From Chrysomallon squamiferum (lineage: Eukaryota > Animalia > Mollusca), in NCBI GenBank assembly GCA_012295275.1, contig CM022674.1:13950001-14014000 (forward strand): DNA of 64,000 nt, in the 5' to 3' direction. Below the pieces are notes generated by a model, which was not told the origin of the DNA, did no database searches, and saw nothing but the letters and a program-made list of their open reading frames with translations. Shown one piece after another: positions 51,951-64,000 of this stretch. Each line of letters starts with the position of its first letter. The stretch's first letter is position 1. The position numbers and the translations under genes were made by a program.

Positions 51951-54900
51951 ATAGCAGCACTACCATGTCTAACAATATCACCAGTACCTCTCCTAATTCC
52001 TTCATTACTAACAGCACTACCATGTCTAACAATACCACCAGTACCTCTCCTAATTCCTTCATTATAACAGCACTACAATGTCTAACAATATCACCAGTAC
52101 CTCTCCTAATTCCTTCATTACTAACACACTAACAACTCTAGCTATACCACCAGTACCTCTCCTAATTCCTTCATTATAACAGCACTACAAGGTCTAACAA
52201 TATCACCAGTACCTCTCCTAATTCCTTCATTACTAACACACTAACAACTCTAGCTATACCACCAGTACCTCTCCTAATTCCTTCATTACTAACACACTAA
52301 CAACTCTAGCTATACCACCAGTACCTCTCCTAATTCCTTCATTATAACAGCACTACCATGTCTAACAATATCACCAGTACCTCTCCTAATTCCTTCATTA
52401 CTAACAGCACTACCATGTCTAACAATACCACCAGTACCTCTCCTAATTCCTTCATTACTAACAGCACTACCATGTCTAACAATACCACCAGTACCACTCC
52501 TAATTCCTTCATTACTAACAGCACTACCATGTCTAACAATACCACCAGTACCTCTCCTAATTCCTTCATTATAACAGCACTACCATGTCTAACAATATCA
52601 CCAGTACCTCTCCTAATTCCTTCATTACTAACACACTAACAACTCTAGCTATACCACCAGTACCAACTCCCTCCTAATTCCTTCATTATAACAGCACTAC
52701 CATGTCTAACAATATCACCAGTACCTCTCCTAATTCCTTCATTACTAACACACTAACAACTCTAGCTATACCACCAGTACTACTCCTAATTCCTTCAAGT
52801 TAACAGCACTACCATGTCTAACAATACCACCCGTACCTCTCCTAATTCCTTCATTACTAACACACTAACAACTCTAGCTATACCACCAGTACCTCTCCTA
52901 ATTCCTTCATTATTAACAGCACTACCATGTCTAACAATACCACCAGTACCTCTCCTAATTCCTTCATTACTAACAGCACTACCATGTCTAACAATACCAC
53001 CAGTACCTCTCCTAATTCCTTCATTATAACAGCACTACCATGTCTAACAATACCACCAGTAATACCACCAGTCTCCTAATTCCTTCATTATAACAGCACT
53101 ACCATGTCTAACAATACCACCAGTACCTCTCCTAATTCCTTCATTATAACAGCACTACCATGTCTAACAATACCACCAGTACCTCTCCTAATTCCTTCAT
53201 TATAACAGCACTACAAGGTCTAACAATACCACCAGTACCTCTCCTAATTCCTTCATTACTAACACACTAACAACTCTAGTTATACCACCAGTACCACTCC
53301 TAATTCCTTCATTACTAACAGCACTACCATGTCTAACAATACCACCAGTACCACTCCTAATTCCTTCATTATAACAGCACTACCATGTCTAACAATACCA
53401 CCAGTACCTCTCCTAATTCCTTCATTATAACAGCACTACCATGTCTAACAATACCACCAGTACCTCTCCTAATTCCTTCATTATAACAGCACTACCATGT
53501 CTAACAATACCACCAGTACCTCTCCTAATTCCTTCATTACTAACACACTAACAACTCTAGTTATACCGCCAGTACCACTCCTAATTCCTTCATTATAACA
53601 GCACTACCATGTCTAACAATACCACCAGTACCACTCCTAATTCCTTCATTATAACAGCACTACCATGTCTAACAATACCACCAGTACCTCTCCTAATTCC
53701 TTCATTACTAACACACTAACAACTCTAGTTATACCACCAGTACCTCTCCTAATTCCTTCATTACTAACACACTAACAACTCTAGTTATACCACCAGTACC
53801 ACTCCTAATTCCTTCATTATAACAGCACTACCATGTCTAACAATACCACCAGTACCTCTCCTAATTCCTTCATTACTAACACACTAACAACTCTAGCTAT
53901 ACCGCCAGTACCACTCCTAATTCCTTTATTACTAACAGCACTACCATGTCTAACAATACCACCAGTACCACTCCTAATTCCTTCATTATAACAGCACTAC
54001 CATGTCTAACAATACCACCAGTACCTCTCCTAATTCCTTCATTATAACAGCACTACAAGGTCTAACAATATCACCAGTACCTCTCCTAATTCCTTCATTA
54101 TAACAGCACTACCATGTCTAACAATACCACCAGTACCTCTCCTAATTCCTTCAAGTTAACAGCACTACCATGTCTAACAATACCACCAGTACCTCTCCTA
54201 ATTCCTTCATTATAACAGCACTACCATGTCTAACAATACCACCAGTACCACTCCTAATTCCTTCATTATAACAGCACTACCATGTCTAACAATACCACCA
54301 GTACCTCTCCTAATTCCTTCATTACTAACACACTAACAACTCTAGTTATACCACCAGTACCTCTCCTAATTCCTTCATTACTAACACACTAACAACTCTA
54401 GTTATACCGCCAGTACCACTCCTAATTCCTTCATTATAACAGCACTACCATGTCTAACAATATCACCAGTACCTCTCCTAATTCCTTCATTACTAACACA
54501 CTAACAACTCTAGCTATACCACCAGTACCTCTCCTAATTCCTTCATTATAACAGCACTACCATGTCTAACAATACCACCAGTACCACTCCTAATTCCTTC
54601 ATTATAACAGCACTACCATGTCTAACAATACCACCAGTACCACTCCTAATTCCTTCATTATAACAGCACTACCATGTCTAACAATACCACCAGTACCTCT
54701 CCTAATTCCTTCATTATAACAGCACTACCATGTCTAACAATACCACCAGTACCTCTCCTAATTCCTTCAAGTTAACAGCACTACCATGTCTAACAATACC
54801 ACCAGTACCTCTCCTAATTCCTTCATTATAACAGCACTACCATGTCTAACAATACCACCAGTACCCTCAATACCACCAGTACCACTCCTAATTCCTTCAT

Positions 54901-57900
54901 TATAACAGCACTACCATGTCTAACAATACCACCAGTACCTCTCCTAATTCCTTCATTACTAACACACTAACAACTCTAGTTATACCACCAGTACCTCTCC
55001 TAATTCCTTCATTACTAACACACTAACAACTCTAGTTATACCGCCAGTACCACTCCTAATTCCTTCATTATAACAGCACTACCATGTCTAACAATATCAC
55101 CAGTACCTCTCCTAATTCCTTCATTACTAACACACAACAACCATGTCTAGTTATACCACCAGTACCACTCCTAATTCCTTCATTATAACAGCACTACCAT
55201 GTCTAACAATACCACCAGTACCACTCCTAATTCCTTCATTATAACAGCACTACCATGTCTAACAATACCACCAGTACCTCTCCTAATTCCTTCATTATAA
55301 CAGCACTACCATGTCTAACAATACCACCAGTAGTACTCCTAATTTAATTCTTCATTATAACAGCACTACCATGTCTAACAATACCACCAGTACCTCTCCT
55401 AATTCCTAATTTTTCATTACTTCATACCACCAGTACTAATTACTAACACACTAACAACTCTAGTTATACCACCAGTACCTCTCCTAATTCCTTCATTACT
55501 AACAGCACTAACATGTCTAGTTATACCAGTACCAGTACCACTCCTAATTCCTTCATTATAACAGCACTACCATGTCTAACAATACCACCAGTACCAGTAC
55601 TCCTAATTCTTTCTTCATTACTAACACACTAACAACTCTAGTTATACCACCAGTACTATCTCCTAATTCCTTCATTATAACAGCACTACCATGTCTAACA
55701 ATACCACCAGTACCACTCCTAATTCCTTCATTATAACAGCACTACCATGTCTAACAATACCACCAGTACCTCTCCTAATTCCTTCATTATAACAGCACTA
55801 CCATGTCTAACAATACCACCAGTACCACTCCTAATTCCTTCATTACTATTACTACACACTAACAACTCTATTCCTTTACTACCATGTAACAATACCACCA
55901 GTACCACTCCTAATTCCTTCATTATAACAGCACTACCATGTCTAACAATACCACCAGTACCACTCCTAATTCCTTCATTACTAACACACTAACAACTCTA
56001 GCTATACCACCAGTACCACTCCTAATTCCTTCATTACTAACAGCACTACCATGTCTAACAATACCACCAGTACCACTCCTAATTCCTTCATTATAACAGC
56101 ACTACCACTAACAATACCACCAGTCCTAATTCCTTCATTACTAACAGCACTACCATGTCTAACAATACCACCAGTACCTCTCCTAATTCCTTCATTATAA
56201 CAGCACTACCATGTCTAACTCTACTATACCACCAGTACCACTCCTAATTCCTTCATTATAACAGCACTACCATGTCTAACAATACCACCAGTACCACTCC
56301 TAATTCCTTCATTACTAACACACTAACAACTCTAGCTATACCACCAGTACCACTCCTAATTCCTTCATTACTAACACACTAACAACTCTAGCTATACCAC
56401 CAGTACCACTCCTAATTCCTTCATTATAACAGCACTACCATGTCTAACAATACCACCAGTACCACTCCTAATTCCTTCATTACTAACACACTAACAACTC
56501 TAGCTATACCACCAGTACCACTCCTAATTCCTTCATTACTAACAGCACTACCATGTCTAACAATACCACCAGTACCACTCCTAATTCCTTCATTATAACA
56601 GCACTACCATGTCTAACAATACCACCAGTACCACTCCTAATTCCTTCATTACTAACAGCACTACCATGTCTAACAATACCACCAGTACCTCTCCTAATTC
56701 CTTCATTATAACAGCACTACCATGTCTAACAATACCACCACCCTCCTAATTCCTTCATTATAACAGCACTACCATGTCTAACAATACCACCAGTACCTCT
56801 CCTAATTCCTTCATTATAACAGCACTACCATGTCTAACAATACCACCAGTACCTCTCCTAATTCCTTCATTATAACAGCACTACCATGTCTAACAATACC
56901 ACCAGTACCTCTCCTAATTCCTTCATTATAACAGCACTACCATGTCTAACAATACCACCAGTACCTCTCCTAATTCCTTCATTATAACAGCACTACCATG
57001 TCTAACAATATCACCAGTACCTCTCCTAATTCCTTCATTACTAACACACTAACAACTCTAGCTATACCACCAGTACCTCTCCTAATTCCTTCATTACTAA
57101 CAGCACTACCATGTCTAACAATACCACCAGTACCACTCCTAATTCCTTCATTATAACAGCACTACCATGTCTAACAATACCACCAGTACCTCTCCTAATT
57201 CCTTCATTACTAACAGCACTACCATGTCTAACAATACCACCAGTACCTCTCCTAATTCCTTCATTATAACAGCACTACCATGTCTAACAATATCACCAGT
57301 ACCACTCCTAATTCCTTCATTATAACAGCACTACCATGTCTAACAATACCACCAGTACCTCTCCTAATTCCTTCATTATAACAGCACTACCATGTCTAAC
57401 AATACCACCAGTACCACTCCTAATTCCTTCATTATAACAGCACTACCATGTCTAACAATACCACCAGTACCTCTCCTAATTCTAATTCTTCATTATAACA
57501 GCACTACCATGTCTAACAATACCACCAGTACCTCTCCTAATTCCTTCATTATAACAGCACTACCATGTCTAACAATACCACCAGTACCTCTCCTAATTCC
57601 TTCATTATAACAGCACTACCATGTCTAACAATACCACCAGTACCTCTCCTAATTCCTTCATTATAACAGCACTACCATGTCTAACAATACCACCAGTACC
57701 TCTCCTAATTCCTTCATTACTAACAGCACTACCATGTCTAACAATACCACCAGTACCTCTCCTAATTCCTTCATTACTAACACACTAACAACTCTAGCTA
57801 TACCACCAGTACCACTCCTAATTCCTTCATTACTAACAGCACTACCATGTCTAACAATATCACCAGTACCTCTCCTAATTCCTTCATTACTAACACACTA

Positions 57901-58843
57901 ACAACTCTAGCTATACCACCAGTACCACTCCTAATTCCTTCATTACTAACAGCACTACCATGTCTAACAATACCACCAGTACCACTCCTAATTCCTTCAT
58001 TATAACAGCACTACCATGTCTAACAATACCACCAGTACCTCTCCTAATTCCTTCATTATAACAGCACTACCATGTCTAACAATACCACCAGTACCTCTCC
58101 TAATTCCTTCATTATAACAGCACTACCATGTCTAACAATACCACCAGTACCTCTCCTAATTCCTTCATTATAACAGCACTACCATGTCTAACAATACCAC
58201 CAGTACCTCTCCTAATTCCTTCATTACTAACAGCACTACCATGTCTAACAATACCACCAGTACCTCTCCTAATTCCTTCATTATAACAGCACTACCATGT
58301 CTAACAATACCACCAGTACCTCTCCTAATTCCTTCATTATAACAGCACTACCATGTCTAACAATACCACCAGTACCTCTCCTAATTCCTTCATTATTTAA
58401 CAGCACTACCATGTCTAACAATACCACCAGTACCCTCCTCTCCTAATTCCTTCATTACTAACAGCACTACCATGTCTAACAATACCACCAGTACCTCTCC
58501 TAATTCCTTCATTATAACAGCACTACCATGTCTAACAATACCACCAGTACCTCTCCTAATTCCTTCATTACTAACACACTAACAACTTTAGCTATACCAC
58601 CAGTACTACTCCTAATTCCTTCATTATTAACAGCACTACCATGTCTAACAATATCACCAGTACCTCTCCTAATTCCTTCATTATAACAGCACTACCATGT
58701 GTAACAATATCACCAGTACCTCTCCTAATTCCTTCATTATAACAGCACTACCATGTCTAACAATATCACCAGTACCTCTCCTAATTCCTTCATTATTAAC
58801 AGCACTACACGGTCTAACAATACCACCAGTACCTCTCCTAATT
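51950..58843. repeat. ~6.9-kb tandem array of 56/57-bp units (about 120 copies, two main unit types)
   Basis: Type A AACAGCACTACCATGTCTAACAATACCACCAGTACCTCTCCTAATTCCTTCATTA(C)T; type B AACACACTAACAACTCTAGCTATACCACCAGTACC... Confidence 0.97.
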
Positions 58844-58939
58844 ATATTAGTTCTTTTTTTGTCTTATACTTATATGCTTATATATGCGTGTGTGTGTGTG
58901 TGTTTTTTCATTCAAGGAATATACTAGTTCAAAGTTATG

Positions 58940-59094
58940 AGAACCTCAGTTGAAAAGACTCGATAGAAGAGAAACTTTCACAATTTCACTGATGATCCTT
59001 CCCTGCTGTTCTATACTGGTCCGTTTCCATACCAGTGTCTACAGATTGTCTTTTTTTTATAACTATAAGTTTTAAATTTAATTATACTTCTACA

Positions 59095-59128
<34 letters not shown>

Positions 59129-59540
59129 GTACTACTACTACTACTACTACTACTAGTAATCATAATTTTGATGTTGTTGATGAAAACAACAAGAAGGCCT
59201 ACAACGACAAAACGAAACATTTATTTTCAAACTGTTATTAAGTATTAATGTTTAGGTTTAGATGTGGAATTGTATACGACGAAGAGATCTGAATTGAAAA
59301 GCAAGTTCACAATTTATTGCGAGGTTTCTGGTTACTAGCGACATAAATTAAACGTTGACTTACAACAAAATGTTAGGTGTGTATTCTGGAGTTTGTATAG
59401 TTGACACAGACTGTTACATGATAATTGCAATAGCCCAATAGAGGTGTGGATGTGTAGACCAGAATTAGAAATTAGTTGTATAATATATAGCAAGTCAGAA
59501 AATAAATAAAAAAAGATCAGTATCAGCATAAAATTTGTGA
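58940..59540 (+). pseudogene. Dead tandem duplicate of the downstream Ig-like gene (leader exon and one Ig-like exon)
   Basis: Leader homologue (CTC)DRRETFTISLMILPCCSIL versus MDKRETFTTSVMFILCCFIV. Exon from 59256 reads GLDVELYTTKRSELKSKFTIYCEVSGY*...GVCIVDTDCYMIIAIAQ*RCGCVDQN*, with the same Cys pattern but stops and a frameshift. Confidence 0.7.
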
Positions 59541-59785
59541 TTACGTTTTAACCAAAACAAAAAAGAAAATGAGAGAGAGATATAAATATGACATTTAACA
59601 TTAATTCACTGTTTTTACATTACAACTAAAATAAACTAAAAAAATATATTTTTAATATCAGACTATATATATATATATATGTATGTATATATGTTTATCT
59701 GTGTGTGCGTGTCGTTGTCTATATGTAGATGTATAGAGCTCACTTCGAATATACGTAAAAGGCTTGAGAATATTACTTGAAAACA

Positions 59786-59876
59786 ATGGACAAAAGAGAA
59801 ACTTTCACAACTTCAGTGATGTTCATTCTTTGCTGCTTTATCGTCTGCTCGTCCGCTGCCAAACCCTTAATTCTAA
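59786..59876 (+). CDS. Signal-peptide exon of Cys-rich Ig-like-domain protein
   Basis: MDKRETFTTSVMFILCCFIVCSSAAKPLIL; the phase-1 donor A|GTTGTT is weak but matches the next exon. Confidence 0.6.
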
Positions 59877-59973
59877 GTTGTTTTTATTATTATTATTATT
59901 TTTATATTAAATACACTGTACGAACAACAACACAACAACAACAACAACAGTAGTAGTAGTAGTAGTAGTAGTA

Positions 59974-60020
<47 letters not shown>

Positions 60021-60208
60021 ACATTAATAATAATAATAATCATAATTGTAGTAATAATAATAATAGTTATAGCATTATTAGCATTACTACTGCTACGACT
60101 ACTGCTGCTGCTACTATTACTATAAAACAAAATAATAATGAAGATAAAGAGAATTTCTAATGTAACTAATTATATATCGTTTCCTGATTATTATAATTAT
60201 TTTTTCAG

Positions 60209-60538
60209 ACTTGAACGTGACGCTGCTGGGTTCCAGCGATGCATCACTAGGGAGAACTTACAGTTTATTTTGTAAAGCGTATCCATCTTACTACATTGGT
60301 TATGACATCCTGTTTCAGAGAAGAGATGGAAAGAAGTTTAAAACTATGTGTGCAGTAAATGATCGCTGTTATGGGGATGTCCATGAAAAAAATTACTACT
60401 GCAGATGTGTAAAGATCGCAAACAAAGACACACGAATGTACAAACTGATGATTCTAAAGGTAAACAAAATCGATCGTCATCTGTGGAGATGTAAAATTGG
60501 ATACCATCCTAGCAATAATTTTCGTTTTAGTGTTATCA
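60209..60538 (+). CDS. Ig-like domain exon 1 (330 nt, phase 1-1)
   Basis: LNVTLLGSSDASLGRTYSLFCK...MCAVNDRC...YYCRC...YKLMILKVNKIDRHLWRC...SNNFRFSVI; B-strand Cys, YxLxI and DxxxWxC; canonical tttcag/gtaagt. Confidence 0.8.
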
Positions 60539-61020
60539 GTAAGTATTCTTTTCCTGATTTTTTTTTCTTTTGGTTAATTAAGTAACTAATTAACAAATTA
60601 ACTAACTAAATACAGAAACAAACAAAGCAGGAAATAAATAAATAAATAATTACAACAACAATAGTAATAATAATCATAATAATTGTAATAATATTAATAA
60701 TAATAATATTAATAATAATAACAACAACAGTAATAATAATAATACTAACAACAACAGCAGCAACAATAATACTAGTAATAATAACAATAACAATTGTAAT
60801 AATAATAATGATGATGATGATAATAATACTAGTAATAATAACAATGAAAATAACAACAACAATAATAATAATAATAATAGTATTAGTAGCAATCAAGCTG
60901 TTGTTGATGATCATGATATTGACCATTATGAGAAGAAAAACAAACAAAAGGAAGCTGAAGTAGAATAGCTGAAATTTACTTATTTGTTATCAGTTACTAA
61001 AACGAAATATTGATTTTCAG

Positions 61021-61350
61021 GTTTAAATATGACAGTGTATGTTACGAACATGAAACCTGTAATTGGAAAGTCCTACACGATGTACTGCCGGGTTTCTCCT
61101 CTCCGCAATATGAAATATACCTTGCGTTTTGGATACAAGTTTGGGACTGTAGACTGGGCAGTTTGCATACTGACCCAAAGCTGCAAGATGATATTACCTT
61201 TATCTCGCTATACCTGCGAGTGTGTGGTCAGCCAGTCAAACACGCGTGTGTACAAATTAACGATATCTCAGATGGACGAAATAGATTTCAGACAATGGAA
61301 ATGTCAAAGTGGAATCCATTCGAGCAACATAATAGACTTAAGTAACAAAG
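61021..61350 (+). CDS. Ig-like domain exon 2 (330 nt, phase 1-1)
   Basis: LNMTVYVTNMKPVIGKSYTMYCR...VCILTQSC...YTCEC...YKLTISQMDEIDFRQWKC...SNIIDLSNK; same six-Cys pattern as the previous exon. Confidence 0.8.
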
Positions 61351-61672
61351 GTAAAATAGCTGTAGATAACAGTAGTTAATAATAATAATAATAACCTAAA
61401 ACTGATTACTGTAAAACACCATTTGGGAATAGTCAGTAAATGTTGTTGTTGCTGTTTTATCAGGTTTTTTCTTCCAAACGAACTGAAAGAGACAGGTTTA
61501 TATGTTGTTTTAAGAAATAATCTGTTGTATTTGACAACGAAGAAAAAAATCATATGATTTGAACTCATTTTCTTGTCATCATTATGGTCTTTGCGTAATT
61601 TTACTCTATTAGTTTGATCTGTATTAACTTTAAGACCAGATAAATAAGTCAAATATTTTAATGTTTCCATAG

Positions 61673-61722
61673 ATGTTGTAAGACTTTTATCTCACCAGCC
61701 TGATAGCAATATTGTGTCTTCG
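61673..61722 (+). CDS. Possible short linker exon of the Ig-like gene
   Basis: tttccatag| (D)VVRLLSHQPDSNIVSS |gtaaaa, in phase with the preceding exon. Confidence 0.35.
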
Positions 61723-62060
61723 GTAAAATGTTAAATTTTAAATTGTTTCTCATTATTTTCTGAACCCTGCTTACATCTTTGTTATTTCTTAGCGAGATTC
61801 ATCATGAATTTTGAAATCAGCTGAGCTTTATTTTGTCTGTATTTTGTAATATATCGGATTTCAGTCTTTCTCAATCAACTCCTACTCCTAATATGTAAAT
61901 AATATGTAGGAGTGATAAACTCTGCAATTCGTAGTAGTATATTTTGCCTTATCTTTCTTCGGAATAATTTTTGTTAAAACTCTACTAACATTTTTATAAC
62001 TTAATTATCCCAACACTCAATCTCCGTGTAGCGATTTTCACATAACATCATTTAGCCTGG

Positions 62061-62320
62061 CTACTCTATGTCTACATTAGTGAAATCTTCTTTTTACATA
62101 ATTTGTTGGGGTTTGGGTTGTGTATTTTTTTGTTAGCATGTTATATATCTACTCTATGTCTACGTTAGAGAAATCTTCTTTTTACATAATTTGTTGGGGT
62201 TTGGGTTGTGTATTTTTTTGTTAGCATGTTATATATCTACTCTATGTCTACGTTAGAGAAATCTTCTTTTTACATAATTTGTTGGGGTTTGGGTTGTGTA
62301 TTTTTTTGTTAGCATGTTAT
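62061..62320. repeat. 88-bp tandem triplication
   Basis: CTACTCTATGTCTAC...GTTGGGGTTTGGGTTGTG...GCATGTTAT starting at 62061, 62149 and 62237. Confidence 0.95.
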
Positions 62321-62974
62321 GTTTTATAAAGGGCTTCTATTTATTTCTCAGTCTGTTTTTGATTTTTATACTTTTTGCTATTTTTTTTTCTCAACATCGT
62401 AGTCAGTTGTTTTACCCTTTATTTCCATAATTTCCGTCATCGAGAAAAGGAACTGATATTACAAATTGTTTTGCAGTGTCTTTAATATTGTTAACCAATA
62501 ATTTGTATCGCCTAAAAGTGAATTATTAGTTTTGCACAATGTGCTCCCTCTTGCAGTACATGCTGTCACGTGATTTATATCTCAATGTTGAAATTAAGTT
62601 CTAGAATTAGATTTCTAACTTTGTTGCTAGCTTCTAGACTTTTTTTTTACTACAATTTGACATATCTATATTCTAAGCTAAAAATAAATTCTAATCTCCA
62701 GTTAATATACATAGTGCATTAGCCACTTACTCTCTAACAGTTGTTTTTAAAAGGCTGAGCAGTATGTACCAATGAGAGTCTAGCGCTGTTTAGTTATTGA
62801 TGAGTCTGTGCTAACAAATGACCATCGTTGTTGCTTACTTGATTGTACACAGTGAAGTGAGGGTTTTGTGTCGTTAATAAAATTTCAATAAACATTTATT
62901 AAAAAGAAATGTTACTTTTAAATGAACTGAAATTAAAATAACAATAATAATAAGATACAGTATCAGTCAGCCAT

Positions 62975-62984
62975 GTCACGTGAC
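62975..62984. promoter_or_regulatory. Palindromic extended E-box (CLEAR/USF-type) GTCACGTGAC
   Basis: Perfect 10-bp palindrome ~25 bp upstream of an ATG in a good context (CAAACATGG, 63009). Confidence 0.35.
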
Positions 62985-63945
62985 GTTACAGCTATCTTCG
63001 AGTCAAACATGGAAGACATGATTTGGACCATAAAAATGGTAAAAAAAAGAAGAAGAAAAAAGAGTTTGAAAACTAACATATAGATTACAGTTACAATTCC
63101 TTAATTTAGACGTTTTAACTTTATTATGTCATGTTTCTCACACACACGCACGCACGCACACATACACACAGGCAAACACACCAAGCATATGTGTGTTTTT
63201 TCTCATTGTTTTTCTTAATCTGAATTACACGTTTTAAATGCATTTTAATATTTTAAATTTGTATTTCATTTATTTATTTTTTCATGGATCTACAGTAGAA
63301 AAAAGACTTTTTTGCTAGTTTCAGTTTCTTTTCATACGATTTATATTTTTGTTAAATTTACCTTTGATCTTTAAATTTTACATATACAAACCATTACATC
63401 TTTCAGACAGGAAATAGCCTGTAAAAGGATGAAAAAGGGAGTTAGTGACATTTATCATAGCAAACGACGACAAAATGTGACATGTACGAAAACATATAAT
63501 TATATCTTTACGTGTTTATTCTAAATGGTACATTCCTTCGTTTCTCTTATGTAAATTTAAAATACTTTGTAACTGTTTTTACTATAAAATAAAAGCGTTC
63601 TAAAAATGGAAACTGCGTAATTTTTTCTTTTATTATTCCAAGTTGTACAGAAGAAAAGAGGTGAACATGGTCTTATTTTAATTGCACTTAATATGACGTC
63701 ACTAGAAGACGCATCGTCGTGGGTAATACTGTGAACTAATGACATCTGAACTATGACATCTGAACTATGCTCCTTTTCAAACGTTACATACATCTAACCT
63801 AGGAAAAGGTCATTATTTTATTTATTTATTTATTTACACATTAATTTTGTTTTCTCTTATTTTTATCATCAGTAACTTTAATTACACGTAAATTTATTTT
63901 TAATTGTCTATATTATTAACATTACTGTTGTTATTATTTTTATTT

Positions 63946-63976
<31 letters not shown>

Positions 63977-64000
63977 ACAGATGGCAAATTTAGCAAACAT

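Noticed and set aside
51950-58843. CRISPR-like array with two alternating unit types
   Set aside because: Variable parts are only two recurring variants, not unique spacers; ordinary satellite evolution explains it.
63009-63038. Resemblance of MEDMIWTIK to the myotrophin N-terminus (..WxxKNGD)
   Set aside because: Needs an extra A to give KNG, and no following ankyrin-repeat exon was found in the window.

Overview
AT-rich, intron-containing animal genomic DNA with many microsatellites. Gene-family style suggests a lophotrochozoan, probably a mollusc (inference). There is a 200-N scaffold gap at 27174-27373. Most ORF-track entries are microsatellite artefacts. Genes reconstructed by hand from splice sites and reading-frame phase: (1) the first coding exon of a GPR153/GPR162-like orphan class A GPCR (minus, 11947-12711); (2) a divergent plus-strand gene of at least 12 exons (17258 to the gap) encoding signal peptide, a mannose-6-phosphate-receptor-homology (MRH/ATG27-like) ectodomain, one TM helix and a TKL/Tyr-kinase-like domain with a Cys-rich activation segment, with three apparent frameshifts. 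This receptor-kinase architecture is the most interesting item; (3) a Thr/Ala-rich 33-bp tandem-repeat ORF of mucin type (39215-42193); (4) a RING, coiled-coil, NHL-type TRIM-like gene with no clear B-box and two frameshifts (47731-49715); (5) a decayed lectin/mucin-like locus running into a ~6.9-kb 56/57-bp array; (6) a signal-peptide gene with Cys-rich Ig-like domains (59786-61350 and possibly beyond), preceded by a dead tandem duplicate. Also present: a hAT-type MITE, a Tigger4/MER46-like element, a LINE 3' fragment and several minisatellites (18, 49 and 88 bp). Family assignments come from recalled motifs; no database search was run.
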